Origin: a virus
Virus record (IMG/VR): IMGVR_UViG_3300021088_000008
Coordinates: 1 to 64,000 of that record
DNA length: 64,000 bases
Strand: one strand, 5' to 3'
Shown here: piece by piece, positions 36,470 through 45,451 of the stretch
Layout: each line of letters begins with the position of its first letter
Position numbering within the stretch: position 1 is the stretch's first letter
Translations under genes and position numbers: made by a program
The notes under the pieces: generated by a model
Seen by the model: the letters and a program-made list of their open reading frames with translations, nothing else
Databases searched by the model: none
What the model was told of the DNA's origin: nothing

Positions 36470-36844
36470 ATGACGAAATCAAGTTTGAAAACATGGCTCG
36501 GTATCGCCTACGTCGTGATCGGGCTGATCATGTTTGCCTCAGCAGCTTTTTCTCAGGGCATCACCGATCAGCCCATGGTTCCGCTCGGATATTGCCAACT
36601 TACCGCGCCGGCCGCCGCAACCAAACTATCGACTTGCGCTGGCGGTATTCCAGCCAACGCAAGGATGGTTTACATCTACGTGGAGACTGGCGCGGTTCGA
36701 TATCGCGATGATGGCGTTGCGCCGACAGCCGCGATTGGCATGCCGATAGCTGTTGGTGGGACGCTATTTTACACGGGGACATTGAGCAGCTTTCAGGTTA
36801 TCCAGCAGGCGGCATCAGTGGTAAATATTCTGTTTTATCGATGA
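36470..36844 (+). CDS. small protein with signal peptide, likely virion accessory
   Basis: Hydrophobic N-terminus ending AFS|Q; VRYRDDGVAPTAAIGMP. Confidence 0.6.
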   Translation: MTKSSLKTWLGIAYVVIGLIMFASAAFSQGITDQPMVPLGYCQLTAPAAATKLSTCAGGIPANARMVYIYVETGAVRYRDDGVAPTAAIGMPIAVGGTLFYTGTLSSFQVIQQAASVVNILFYR

Positions 36845-37590
36845 CGCCGTCTCCGACCCAGTCAAACGTCTTCGCGCAACTCCGAAGCTTCCTGCTGGCG
36901 GTGCTACCTTCGGGTGTCGTGGTCGTTCCAGCGCAGCAGAACCGGGTGCCTGAGCCTGCCGGGGTCGACTTCGTCGTAATGACGCAGATCCGACAGGAGC
37001 GGCTTGAGACTAACGTCGATGGCTACGCCGACGGCGTGTTCACAGGTTCGATCGCTGGCCCGACGATGACGATAACCGCGGTGAACCCCAAATTTCCGAA
37101 CGCGCAGATCGGGGTCGGCAGCACGATCTTCGGCGTCGGGATCGCGGCGGGGACCTCGGTGAGCGCGATCCTGACCGGAACCGGCCAGATCGGGACCTAC
37201 ACCGTGACGCCGTCCCAGACCGTTGGGCCTCTGACCATCTCGACCGGCACAAAGCAAATCATGATGCCGACCAAGCATACGATCCAGATCGACTTCCACA
37301 GTGCTGATTTGAGTTCGGCCGGGGATATGGCGGCGACCGTGAGCGCACTATTCCGGGATGAATTCGCCGTGCTCCAATTCCAGGGACAATCGCCCTATTA
37401 CGGCGTCGCGCCGCTTTACGCCGACGATCCACGCCAGATCCCTTGGACCAACGATCAGCAACAGATCGAATGGCGCTGGACCTTGGACGCTTTGCTCCAA
37501 TCGAACATCGTGATACAGGTTCCTCAGCAGTTCACAGATTCCGTGGTTCTCACGCCGGTAAGCGTCGATGCAAAATATCCCCTGCCTTAG
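36841..37590 (+). CDS. tail terminator/neck protein
   Basis: QQNRVPEP...QIDFH...LFRD...PLYADDP..QIEWRW; precedes sheath. Confidence 0.75.
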   Translation: MTPSPTQSNVFAQLRSFLLAVLPSGVVVVPAQQNRVPEPAGVDFVVMTQIRQERLETNVDGYADGVFTGSIAGPTMTITAVNPKFPNAQIGVGSTIFGVGIAAGTSVSAILTGTGQIGTYTVTPSQTVGPLTISTGTKQIMMPTKHTIQIDFHSADLSSAGDMAATVSALFRDEFAVLQFQGQSPYYGVAPLYADDPRQIPWTNDQQQIEWRWTLDALLQSNIVIQVPQQFTDSVVLTPVSVDAKYPLP

Positions 37591-37602
37591 GAGGACACCG
37601 CT

Positions 37603-39600
37603 TTGACGACGATCCCAGCCTCGTTGTTTGTAAACGTCGTCCCGTCCGTCCTCTCGACCGTCGGCCAGGCCGTCAGTCTCAACGGCCTGATCCTGACTGG
37701 CAGCAACCGGGTCCCATTGGGGGCCGTCTATAGCTTCGCGAGCGCCACGGCGGTCGCCGCGTTCTTCGGGTCGTCCTCCCAGGAAGCCCTGATGGCCGGC
37801 GGCGGCAGCGGCAAGGGGGCGGGCTATTTCGGCGGATTCGCCAACTCCAATTCGCTGCCGGGAGCGCTGCTGTTCGCCCAATACAATGCCGCCGCCGTCG
37901 CGGCGTATCTGTGGGGTGGGAATGCCGGTGCGGCGCTGACGCTGGCGCAACTGCAGGCCCTGAACGGGTCCCTCAATATCGTCATGGACGGCTACGCGCA
38001 CGCGATCGCGTCAATCAGCCTTTCCTCGGCAAACAGCTTCTCCGCCGCAGCGGCCGCGATCCAGGCGGCCTTCACCGACCCCACCGAGGCCTCATTTACC
38101 GCGGCGATCGGGGCCACCTTCACCGCGACGCAGGCCGGAACGAACATGACGACGTCGGCCGTCACCGGGCTGATTTCGATCGGCGACACCATTACCGGGA
38201 CCGGTGTCGCGGCGAACACAACGATCATTTCCCAGACCTCCGGGACCACGGGCGGCGCTGGCGTCTACGTCACCAGCGTGAGCGGCACCGCCTCCGGTGC
38301 GGCGTGCATCGGCTCGAGCACTGTCCTCAATGTCACGGTGGAATCGGTTGTCTCCCTGGCGGTCGGTCAGACCGTGGTCGGGGCCGGGGTCACGGGCGCG
38401 CCGACGATCACCGCGCAGATCACCGGGCCCGCCGGTGGCGTGGGGACTTATCGCCTCAGCGGCGCACAACAGCAGGTCGCCAGCGAGGCCATGACGGCGA
38501 TTGCGACGGCTCCCCTGGTCACCTTTGATTCGCAATCCGGCGCGTTTGTGATCACCTCGGGGATCACCGGCGCGGCCTCGACCTCGGCTTTCGCCACCGG
38601 GACGCTGGCGGCCTCGCTGCTGCTGACCTCGGCGACCGGCGCGTTTCTGTCGCAGGGCGCTGCGGCGGTGACGCCAGCGAGCGCCATGAACGCCGTGGTT
38701 GCGATCACCACGAACTGGGCGACCTATACGACCACGGTTGATCCGGATGGCGGCGTCGGCAACACGCTCAAGCAAGCCTTTGCCGCTTGGAAAAACTCGT
38801 TCCCGAATCGCTACATGTACGTGGCTGGCGATACCGATGTGCTGGCCCGGTCGAACCCGCCGCAGGCTGAAACCCTGGGGCAGGTATTGGCCGGGAACGG
38901 GGATTCCGGGACGTTCCCGATCTCCGAATTAACCGATCTCAATCAAGCCGCTTTCGTGATGGGAATCGCGGCATCGATCAATTTCAACCAGAAAAACGGC
39001 CGCACCGATTTTGCCTTCCGCAGCCAGACAGGACTCGTTTCCGATGTCGTCTCCGGACAGACTGCGATCAACATCGGGGGTAATCCGCAGGTGCTCGGCG
39101 ACCGCGGCAACGGGTACAATTATTACGGCGCGGTCGGCTCCGGAAATGCCAATTTCACGTGGCTGCAGCGTGGGATCGTCACCGGACAATTTCTCTATGC
39201 CGACAGTTACGTCAATCAGATCTGGCTCAACAGCAACTTGCAACTCGCGCTGCTGAATCTCCAAAACAACTTGCTATCGATCCCGTTCAACACAATCGGC
39301 GCTGCATTAATCGAGGCCGCGCTAGCGTCTCCGATCCAGGCTGGATTGGATTTCACTGCCTTCGCACCCGGCACCATTTCGCCGGCGCAGATCGCCGCAG
39401 TGAATTCGCAGGCCGGGGCCAACGCCGGCAACCCCAGCCTCAACATCACCGATACGCTGCAGGCCCAGGGCTACTACCTCCAGGTCCTGCAGCAGGCGAC
39501 CAACATTCGGCTGAACCGCGGACCATGGGCGATCACATTCTGGTACCTTGATAGGGGCTCAGCGCAAAGCATCAGCCTGTCCAGCGTCGCCATCCAATGA
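37603..39600 (+). CDS. tail sheath protein (DUF3383-type)
   Basis: IPASLFVNVVPSVL, TTNWAT, GRTDFAFRSQTGL, GYNYYG, DSYVNQIWLN, FWYLDRGS. Confidence 0.9.
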   Translation: MTTIPASLFVNVVPSVLSTVGQAVSLNGLILTGSNRVPLGAVYSFASATAVAAFFGSSSQEALMAGGGSGKGAGYFGGFANSNSLPGALLFAQYNAAAVAAYLWGGNAGAALTLAQLQALNGSLNIVMDGYAHAIASISLSSANSFSAAAAAIQAAFTDPTEASFTAAIGATFTATQAGTNMTTSAVTGLISIGDTITGTGVAANTTIISQTSGTTGGAGVYVTSVSGTASGAACIGSSTVLNVTVESVVSLAVGQTVVGAGVTGAPTITAQITGPAGGVGTYRLSGAQQQVASEAMTAIATAPLVTFDSQSGAFVITSGITGAASTSAFATGTLAASLLLTSATGAFLSQGAAAVTPASAMNAVVAITTNWATYTTTVDPDGGVGNTLKQAFAAWKNSFPNRYMYVAGDTDVLARSNPPQAETLGQVLAGNGDSGTFPISELTDLNQAAFVMGIAASINFNQKNGRTDFAFRSQTGLVSDVVSGQTAINIGGNPQVLGDRGNGYNYYGAVGSGNANFTWLQRGIVTGQFLYADSYVNQIWLNSNLQLALLNLQNNLLSIPFNTIGAALIEAALASPIQAGLDFTAFAPGTISPAQIAAVNSQAGANAGNPSLNITDTLQAQGYYLQVLQQATNIRLNRGPWAITFWYLDRGSAQSISLSSVAIQ

Positions 39601-39612
39601 GGAGGATCTGAA

Positions 39613-40041
39613 ATGGGCGTTATCACCGCATCCGATGTCGTGCTGACGCTGACGCAGGCGCTGCTCTATCCGACGCCACAGCAGCTTCAGGGATTTGCGG
39701 CGGATGACGTCTTCGACATTCCCGCGATCAAGTCGATCGAGTCGACGATGGGCGTCGATGGCGTCCTATCGGCCGGCTTCGTTTTCGTTGAGATTCCTTG
39801 GGATATCGTGCTGCAGGCGGATTCGGCCTCGAACGCGATCTTCGATCGGATCTGGGGTCAGCAGCAGGCGACAAAATCGACCTATCAATTGTTCGGGTCA
39901 GTGAAAATTCCGGGCACGTCGACGAAGATCGCACTGACCGCGGGGTTCTTGAGCTCCTACAAGGCGCCGTCCGCCAAGAAGGTACTCCAGCCCCGGCGCT
40001 ACCAGATGATCTTCCAGAGCATGGCGGTTGCGCCGGCATGA
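39613..40041 (+). CDS. tail tube protein
   Basis: LQGFAADD...MGVDG.LSAGFV...LQADS; follows sheath. Confidence 0.8.
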   Translation: MGVITASDVVLTLTQALLYPTPQQLQGFAADDVFDIPAIKSIESTMGVDGVLSAGFVFVEIPWDIVLQADSASNAIFDRIWGQQQATKSTYQLFGSVKIPGTSTKIALTAGFLSSYKAPSAKKVLQPRRYQMIFQSMAVAPA

Positions 40042-40238
40042 CCGAGGCCTGCCCGCGCTGCGGCGATGCGTGGCATCATCCGCTGATCCAATGTCCATAC
40101 GTCAAGGCGGTCACGTTCGCCGATGATGGGGTTCGGATCGTCCGCGTGGAATTCCTGACGCTGGCGGATATGCCGCAGGTCCGCGGCGCGCCCGGCGCCG
40201 ACCAGCCCGACGATTACCCCAAACTCGGAAGGTCCTGA
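40038..40238 (+). CDS. small Zn-binding hypothetical protein
   Basis: CPRCG..HH...CPYVK. Confidence 0.5.
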   Translation: MTEACPRCGDAWHHPLIQCPYVKAVTFADDGVRIVRVEFLTLADMPQVRGAPGADQPDDYPKLGRS

Positions 40239-40714
40239 TGGCGAGACAGAGCCAATTGGTAACGGTCCCGAGTTTCCCCGGCACCCGCAACCGGGACCTC
40301 GGCAAGCTGTTTCTCATCACCGAGTGGCCAGCCGCGCGCGCCGAGGAATGGGGTCTCCGGATGACCTTGCCCCCCACCACGCCGCCGGGCTCTCTCCCGA
40401 TGGATCTGGCCGGCATCGGGATGGAGGGGATCGCAATCCTCGGGATCAACACCTTCCTGCGCGGCAGCATGGAAGCGGCTGAACTGATCCCGCTGCTGAA
40501 CGAACTGCTAGAATGCGTCCGGATCATCCTGGACAAGAAAAACATGGAGGTTTCGCAGGAGATCACGTCGCCCGACGATATCGAGGAAGTCGCAACCCGC
40601 CTCTGGCTGAGAAGCGAGGTGATAAAACTCCACACAAATTTTTCACCGGCCGACGCCCTGTCGGCCTTGATCTCCTCGATTATGACGACGTCCCCGGTCT
40701 CCGCGAGTACGTGA
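40238..40714 (+). CDS. tail assembly chaperone (G-like)
   Basis: RDLGKLFLITEWPAARAEEW...DIEEVATRLWLR; between tube and TMP. Confidence 0.8.
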   Translation: MARQSQLVTVPSFPGTRNRDLGKLFLITEWPAARAEEWGLRMTLPPTTPPGSLPMDLAGIGMEGIAILGINTFLRGSMEAAELIPLLNELLECVRIILDKKNMEVSQEITSPDDIEEVATRLWLRSEVIKLHTNFSPADALSALISSIMTTSPVSAST

Positions 40715-40881
40715 ACGTTCCGCCGCGGATCGGCATCCTGATTTCCCACGACAAATCGCTGATCGGGCCGCTGACGCAAACGCTCAGCCTTCGTGATATG
40801 TATGACCTGCTCGAGGTGATTCAGATTGATGCCTTCAATGACCGCGCAGTCGAAGCGCACAGGAAGAGGAACGAGCGTTGA
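40636..40881 (+). CDS. tail assembly chaperone -1 frameshift extension (GT-like)
   Basis: In-phase A AAT TTT at 40636-40642 followed by GGCCGAC/GTCGGCC hairpin; -1 frame reads EYVNVPPRIG...DMYDLLEVI. Confidence 0.75.
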   Translation, partial: KFFTGRRPVGLDLLDYDDVPGLREYVNVPPRIGILISHDKSLIGPLTQTLSLRDMYDLLEVIQIDAFNDRAVEAHRKRNER

Positions 40882-42350
40882 GCACCGTGATCGACTCCCT
40901 CGTTGTCGAACTTGGCCTTGACCCCAGGAAATTTACCGAAGGTCAACGCGAAGCCTTGGCTGCATTCAAGAAAACGCAGGAGGGTGCTGAAGAGTTCGGC
41001 AAGGACATTGACGCGCAGGGCCTGAAATTCACCGAGATCTTTGGGGCCATCAAAAAGGGACTCCTCGGTGCGGCCGGCGCGATCGGCGGCTATGAAGGCC
41101 TGGCGATCATCAACCACCTCAACAATATGGACGCCGCGACTGGGCGGTGGGCGAAGACGATCGGCACGAACGTCGAGAATCTGTCGACATGGCAGGGAAT
41201 GATCCGGCAGGTCGGAGGATCTGCCGAAGAGGCGACGGCGACAATGTCGGCGCTGCAGGACCAGATCAACAACGTCCGCATGGGCAGCGGCATGTTCGAT
41301 AACCAGTTCGGCTTCCTGCTCAACAAGATCGGCGGCGCGCAGGGGAAAAACGCCGATCAGATCATGCGGGAACTCCAGGCGTATTTCGCCAACCAGATCT
41401 CATCCGGACAAATGACTCCGGCCGATGCGGCGACTCAATTGCGGTGGGTCCCCGGCATGAACCAGAACATGATCAACGTGATGCTCTCCAACCTTCAGAA
41501 GTTGGAGGCTGCGGCCAAGGCGGCCGGTACCGCGACGAAGGAAAGCGCAGCGGAGGCGATCGCATATCAGGAGAGCCTGAATCAGTTGTCCATCTCGGCG
41601 GAAGGCCTTGAGCGCGTGCTGGTCGTGAAACTGACGCCTTCGCTGGTTCAGTTCCTCGATCGCACGAAGCAGATCATCCAGGAACTCAGTCGGGGCATCT
41701 TCATTTCGCCGGACAGTTGGCTGGGGAAGCTCCTTGGCCGCACGCCAGCGCCAGCTGCCGTACCATCATCAGGGGAAGGGGCATCATTCAACGATCGGTT
41801 CGGAGCGGCGGGCGGCGGCGCGCCGGCGGGCGGCACGACCCGCGGCGACCGCAACAACAACCCGGGGAACATCAAGTTTGGTCCATTCGCCCAGGCGCAC
41901 GGCGCCACCGGCCAGGATGAGCGCGGCTTTGCGATCTTCCCGACGCCATCCCTCGGCGGGGCCGCCCAGGTCGCGCTGGTCACCGGAACGTCCTACAGCG
42001 GCCTGACGCTGGACCAGTTCGCGGCCCGGTACGCCGAGGGCAGCCAAGCATGGGAAGGGACCGTCGGCGGCGCTTTGGGAATCAGGGGCGGCGACATCGT
42101 CAACAATCAGGACCCGAGGCTGATTGATGCGATCCGCCGCGCCGAGGGGACGAGCCAGGGCGCCCGAGGCGCGGCCGCAGCGCGTGGCGGAGGCTCGACC
42201 AGCACTTCAACGTCGACATCCGAGGTCAATATCGGGAACATCCACGTCAACGCGCCAAATGCGACCGATGCCGACGGGATCGCGCGCGAGATCGGCCCGG
42301 CGATGAAGCGGTCGGCGATCACGTCCCCAGCAAATTCAGGGCTGGTGTGA
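40878..42350 (+). CDS. tape measure protein with C-terminal lysozyme-like domain
   Basis: IDSLVVELGLD start; helical; RGDRNNNPGNIKFG...GFAIF. Confidence 0.8.
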   Translation: MSTVIDSLVVELGLDPRKFTEGQREALAAFKKTQEGAEEFGKDIDAQGLKFTEIFGAIKKGLLGAAGAIGGYEGLAIINHLNNMDAATGRWAKTIGTNVENLSTWQGMIRQVGGSAEEATATMSALQDQINNVRMGSGMFDNQFGFLLNKIGGAQGKNADQIMRELQAYFANQISSGQMTPADAATQLRWVPGMNQNMINVMLSNLQKLEAAAKAAGTATKESAAEAIAYQESLNQLSISAEGLERVLVVKLTPSLVQFLDRTKQIIQELSRGIFISPDSWLGKLLGRTPAPAAVPSSGEGASFNDRFGAAGGGAPAGGTTRGDRNNNPGNIKFGPFAQAHGATGQDERGFAIFPTPSLGGAAQVALVTGTSYSGLTLDQFAARYAEGSQAWEGTVGGALGIRGGDIVNNQDPRLIDAIRRAEGTSQGARGAAAARGGGSTSTSTSTSEVNIGNIHVNAPNATDADGIAREIGPAMKRSAITSPANSGLV

Positions 42351-42351
42351 C

Positions 42352-42972
42352 ATGGCAGATGTGCCGCAGCTTCCCGGCGTTCCGGACCTCTCGAGCTACA
42401 GCGCGAGCGATATCGTGCTGCTGGCGGCGGATGTCGCGACGGCGATATTTGGTGGGTCATTTGGGTCGCCATGGGGTATTTTTCTCGATGGGCAGCAGGC
42501 GTTCGAATACAATTCCGTGGTTGATTTCGACTACAAGCAGGATTTCCCCGTTTCAGACTATCAGCTCGAGGACGGCGGGTTTCAGAGCTACGACAAGGTT
42601 CAACTGCCGTTTGACGTTAAGGTCCGCGTGGCCTCCGGAGGTGCGGAATCCGATCGCGAGGCGCTTCTAACCTCGGTGCGCGCGGCCGCGAATATTCTCG
42701 ATTTGTACGAGGTGGTTACCCCAGAGCAAACCTACGAAAGCTGCAACATCACGCATGTGGATTTCAAGCGCACGGCGACGAATGGCGTCGGCCTGATCGT
42801 GATCGACATCTGGTTCGTTGAGATCCGGGTCACATCGACGTCGACCTATTCGAACACGCAACAGCCGGCGGTGGCGGGTCAACAGAACACGGGCAGCGTG
42901 GCGCCGACAACTCCGTCGAGCTCAGTCACCCAGGGCCTGACGGACAGCAGCGGCAACTCATTGGTGCAATGA
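42352..42972 (+). CDS. baseplate/tube initiator protein
   Basis: SDYQLEDGGFQSYDKVQLP...VVTPE; follows TMP. Confidence 0.7.
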   Translation: MADVPQLPGVPDLSSYSASDIVLLAADVATAIFGGSFGSPWGIFLDGQQAFEYNSVVDFDYKQDFPVSDYQLEDGGFQSYDKVQLPFDVKVRVASGGAESDREALLTSVRAAANILDLYEVVTPEQTYESCNITHVDFKRTATNGVGLIVIDIWFVEIRVTSTSTYSNTQQPAVAGQQNTGSVAPTTPSSSVTQGLTDSSGNSLVQ

Positions 42973-43292
42973 TGTCCCAGGTCATCCCCGTCCAGCCGAT
43001 CCCGAACCAAACCTTTCAGGTCCAGGTCGCGAATCAGCCGTGCGTGATTGAGCTCCAGCAACTCGCCTATGGGATGTTTATGACCCTGTTCGTCGGCAAT
43101 TCGTTGGTGGTCGGCGGCGTGATTTGCGAAAATCTCAATCGGATTGTGCGAGACGCCTATTTCGGATTCATCGGGGATTTTTGCTTTCTGGACACCCAAG
43201 GCGGCAGCAATCCATCGGATCCGGTGTTCACCGGCCTCGGAACCCGCTATCAGTTGATCTATCTGGAGACCACCGACCTTCCGGGAGGCTGA
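42969..43292 (+). CDS. small baseplate protein
   Basis: IPVQPIPNQ...YFGFIGDF.FLDTQG..DP..GLGTRYQL. Confidence 0.7.
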   Translation: MMSQVIPVQPIPNQTFQVQVANQPCVIELQQLAYGMFMTLFVGNSLVVGGVICENLNRIVRDAYFGFIGDFCFLDTQGGSNPSDPVFTGLGTRYQLIYLETTDLPGG

Positions 43293-43295
43293 CAC

Positions 43296-44318
43296 ATGGC
43301 GGATGGACCGACACGGGTCATCATCACTGGAGGAACGACCGACACCTCAACGATCGCGCCTCAACCTCCATTCCAGGGTCAGCAGAGCTTCGTCCAGCGC
43401 CTGATCGAATTGACGATCTCGCTCCAGGCAAATCAGCAGACCAACCAACCGAATAAATTCGCCGGGACCGATTCCGATACGATCACGCTGTCGGGGTTTC
43501 GGACGTCGGTTCGAATTGAGAACAGCGGCGGCGTGGATTGTAGCGCCACCGTCTCGATTTATGGACTGGCGCCGAACCTCGTGAATCAATTGTCGACGCT
43601 CGGCATGATTTTCGACATGGTCCAGAAAAATAGCATCACGATATCCGCAGGGGATGCGCAGGCTGGGCTGACGCCTGTGTTCACGGGGACGATCGCCTTC
43701 GCGTTTCCGGACTTCAGCGGGATGCCGCAAGTGGCCATGCATTTCGAGTGCCGGACTGGACTGATCGCTGGGACGGTGCCGATCCCCGCATCGAGCTTCT
43801 CGGGCTCGACCGATGTGGCAACGATCATGGCCGGATTCGCTCGGCAGATCCCGGCCGGATTCGAAAATAACGGTGTCACGATCCAACTGCCCTCGAGCTA
43901 TTTCCCGGGTACCTTGCGGGATCAGATCCGGGAATGCGCCGAGCACGCGCATATCAACGCCGAGATCCTGCCCGGCAGCGGAGGCCAGCAGGTCCTGGCG
44001 ATCTGGCCGATCGGCAGCCAGCGCAACACCAACGGACCAGTCCCGCTGGTGTCGAAGGATACCGGCATGATCGGCGCGCCGAGCTTCGCGCCCAACGGCT
44101 ATGCGGTCGTGAAATCGCTGTTCAACCCGCAAATCGCCTTCGGCGGTGTCATCCACATCACCAGCGTAGCGGTACCGCAGGCTAATCGCGATTGGGTAGT
44201 GCAGAGGCTATCGTTGGCGCTTGATTCGCTGGTCCCCAAGGGGCGCTGGGATGCAACGATGATCTGCTATCCCAAGGGATTCGCGGCGCCGGTCCCGCCG
44301 CAGGGGGGCGGCACGTGA
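43296..44318 (+). CDS. baseplate hub protein
   Basis: IYGL...AGD..VFTGTI...FENNGV...TGMIGAP..LFNP. Confidence 0.7.
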   Translation: MADGPTRVIITGGTTDTSTIAPQPPFQGQQSFVQRLIELTISLQANQQTNQPNKFAGTDSDTITLSGFRTSVRIENSGGVDCSATVSIYGLAPNLVNQLSTLGMIFDMVQKNSITISAGDAQAGLTPVFTGTIAFAFPDFSGMPQVAMHFECRTGLIAGTVPIPASSFSGSTDVATIMAGFARQIPAGFENNGVTIQLPSSYFPGTLRDQIRECAEHAHINAEILPGSGGQQVLAIWPIGSQRNTNGPVPLVSKDTGMIGAPSFAPNGYAVVKSLFNPQIAFGGVIHITSVAVPQANRDWVVQRLSLALDSLVPKGRWDATMICYPKGFAAPVPPQGGGT

Positions 44319-45070
44319 GCGACACCAGCTTCGGTTATGGTCACGAAACGCCGAATGATTCGGGATCCGATTATCGATCAATGCTGTTCGTCGCCCGGCA
44401 GGTTGTGGTTAAGATATCGACCATGGCACCGGTCAAGGTGCTGGCGGTCACCGCAGGCGCGGGAACGCCGCCCGCGGCCGGCACGGTGGACGTCCAACCC
44501 CTGATCAGCCAGATTGACGGCAATGGCTACGGGACGCCCCACGGGACGGTGCATGGTATCCCCTGGTCGCGGGTCCAGGGCGGCAAGAATGCCATCATCT
44601 GCGACCCGGTGGTGGGGGACATCGGGTTTATCGTCGCAGCCAGCCGCGATATGTCCAAGGTCAAGAACACCAAGGCCGCGGCGCTGCCGGGCTCGCGGCG
44701 CCGGTACAACCTCGCGGATAGCGTCTATGTGGGCGCCATCCTCAATCCGGCCCCGACCTGCTACATCCAGTTCACGGCCGACGGTCATTTCAAGTTCGTC
44801 GATGTCGACGGAAATATGGTAGTCAGTTCATCGACAGGATGGTCAATCACCCCAAAGTCGGGCCAGCCGGTGACCATCAACGGAGCGCTCGTGGTGACGA
44901 ACAACCTTCAGCTCGGCGGGACGATCACAAGCGAGGCGGGCGGAACGTATTTCGGCAACATCGTTCTCACCGGTACGGTCACAGCGGCCGACGTCATTGC
45001 CGGTGGCAAGAGCGGCGCAACTCATGAGCACTCCGATCCGCAGGGCGGCACCACGGGGCCGCCGATATGA
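44315..45070 (+). CDS. baseplate spike (gp138/gpV-like)
   Basis: VDVQPL, QGGKNAIICDPVVGDIG, PGSRRR, C-terminal HEH tip. Confidence 0.85.
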   Translation: MSDTSFGYGHETPNDSGSDYRSMLFVARQVVVKISTMAPVKVLAVTAGAGTPPAAGTVDVQPLISQIDGNGYGTPHGTVHGIPWSRVQGGKNAIICDPVVGDIGFIVAASRDMSKVKNTKAAALPGSRRRYNLADSVYVGAILNPAPTCYIQFTADGHFKFVDVDGNMVVSSSTGWSITPKSGQPVTINGALVVTNNLQLGGTITSEAGGTYFGNIVLTGTVTAADVIAGGKSGATHEHSDPQGGTTGPPI

Positions 45071-45450
45071 GCACTACTTTGCTTCTTGACAGAACCCTGT
45101 GGGATTTGACCCTCGATAGTTCGGGGAACATCGCGGTCGCCAGCGAGCCATACTCCCTTGCGCAAGATGCCGCCTCGGCGATCAAGACGTTCATCGGGGA
45201 ATGCTATTTCGATACGACGATCGGCATCGATTATCTGGGCATCATCTTCGGCGGCAACCCTTCGTTGGCGCAGATCAAGGGGTTGTTCGTGGGCGCTGCG
45301 CTGACGGTGCCAGATGTCGGTTCGGCGGTATGCTTCATTTCATCGGTGAGCGGACGATCGATTTCAGGCCAGATCCAGGTCGTGAGCAAATCGACCGGTC
45401 AGACCTCGTTCGCCAGCTTCGCCGTCGTGAACCCGCAAGGAATCGGATGA
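45067..45450 (+). CDS. baseplate wedge protein (gp25-like)
   Basis: [30 protein letters not shown]. Confidence 0.75.
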   Translation: MSTTLLLDRTLWDLTLDSSGNIAVASEPYSLAQDAASAIKTFIGECYFDTTIGIDYLGIIFGGNPSLAQIKGLFVGAALTVPDVGSAVCFISSVSGRSISGQIQVVSKSTGQTSFASFAVVNPQGIG

Positions 45451-45451
45451 G

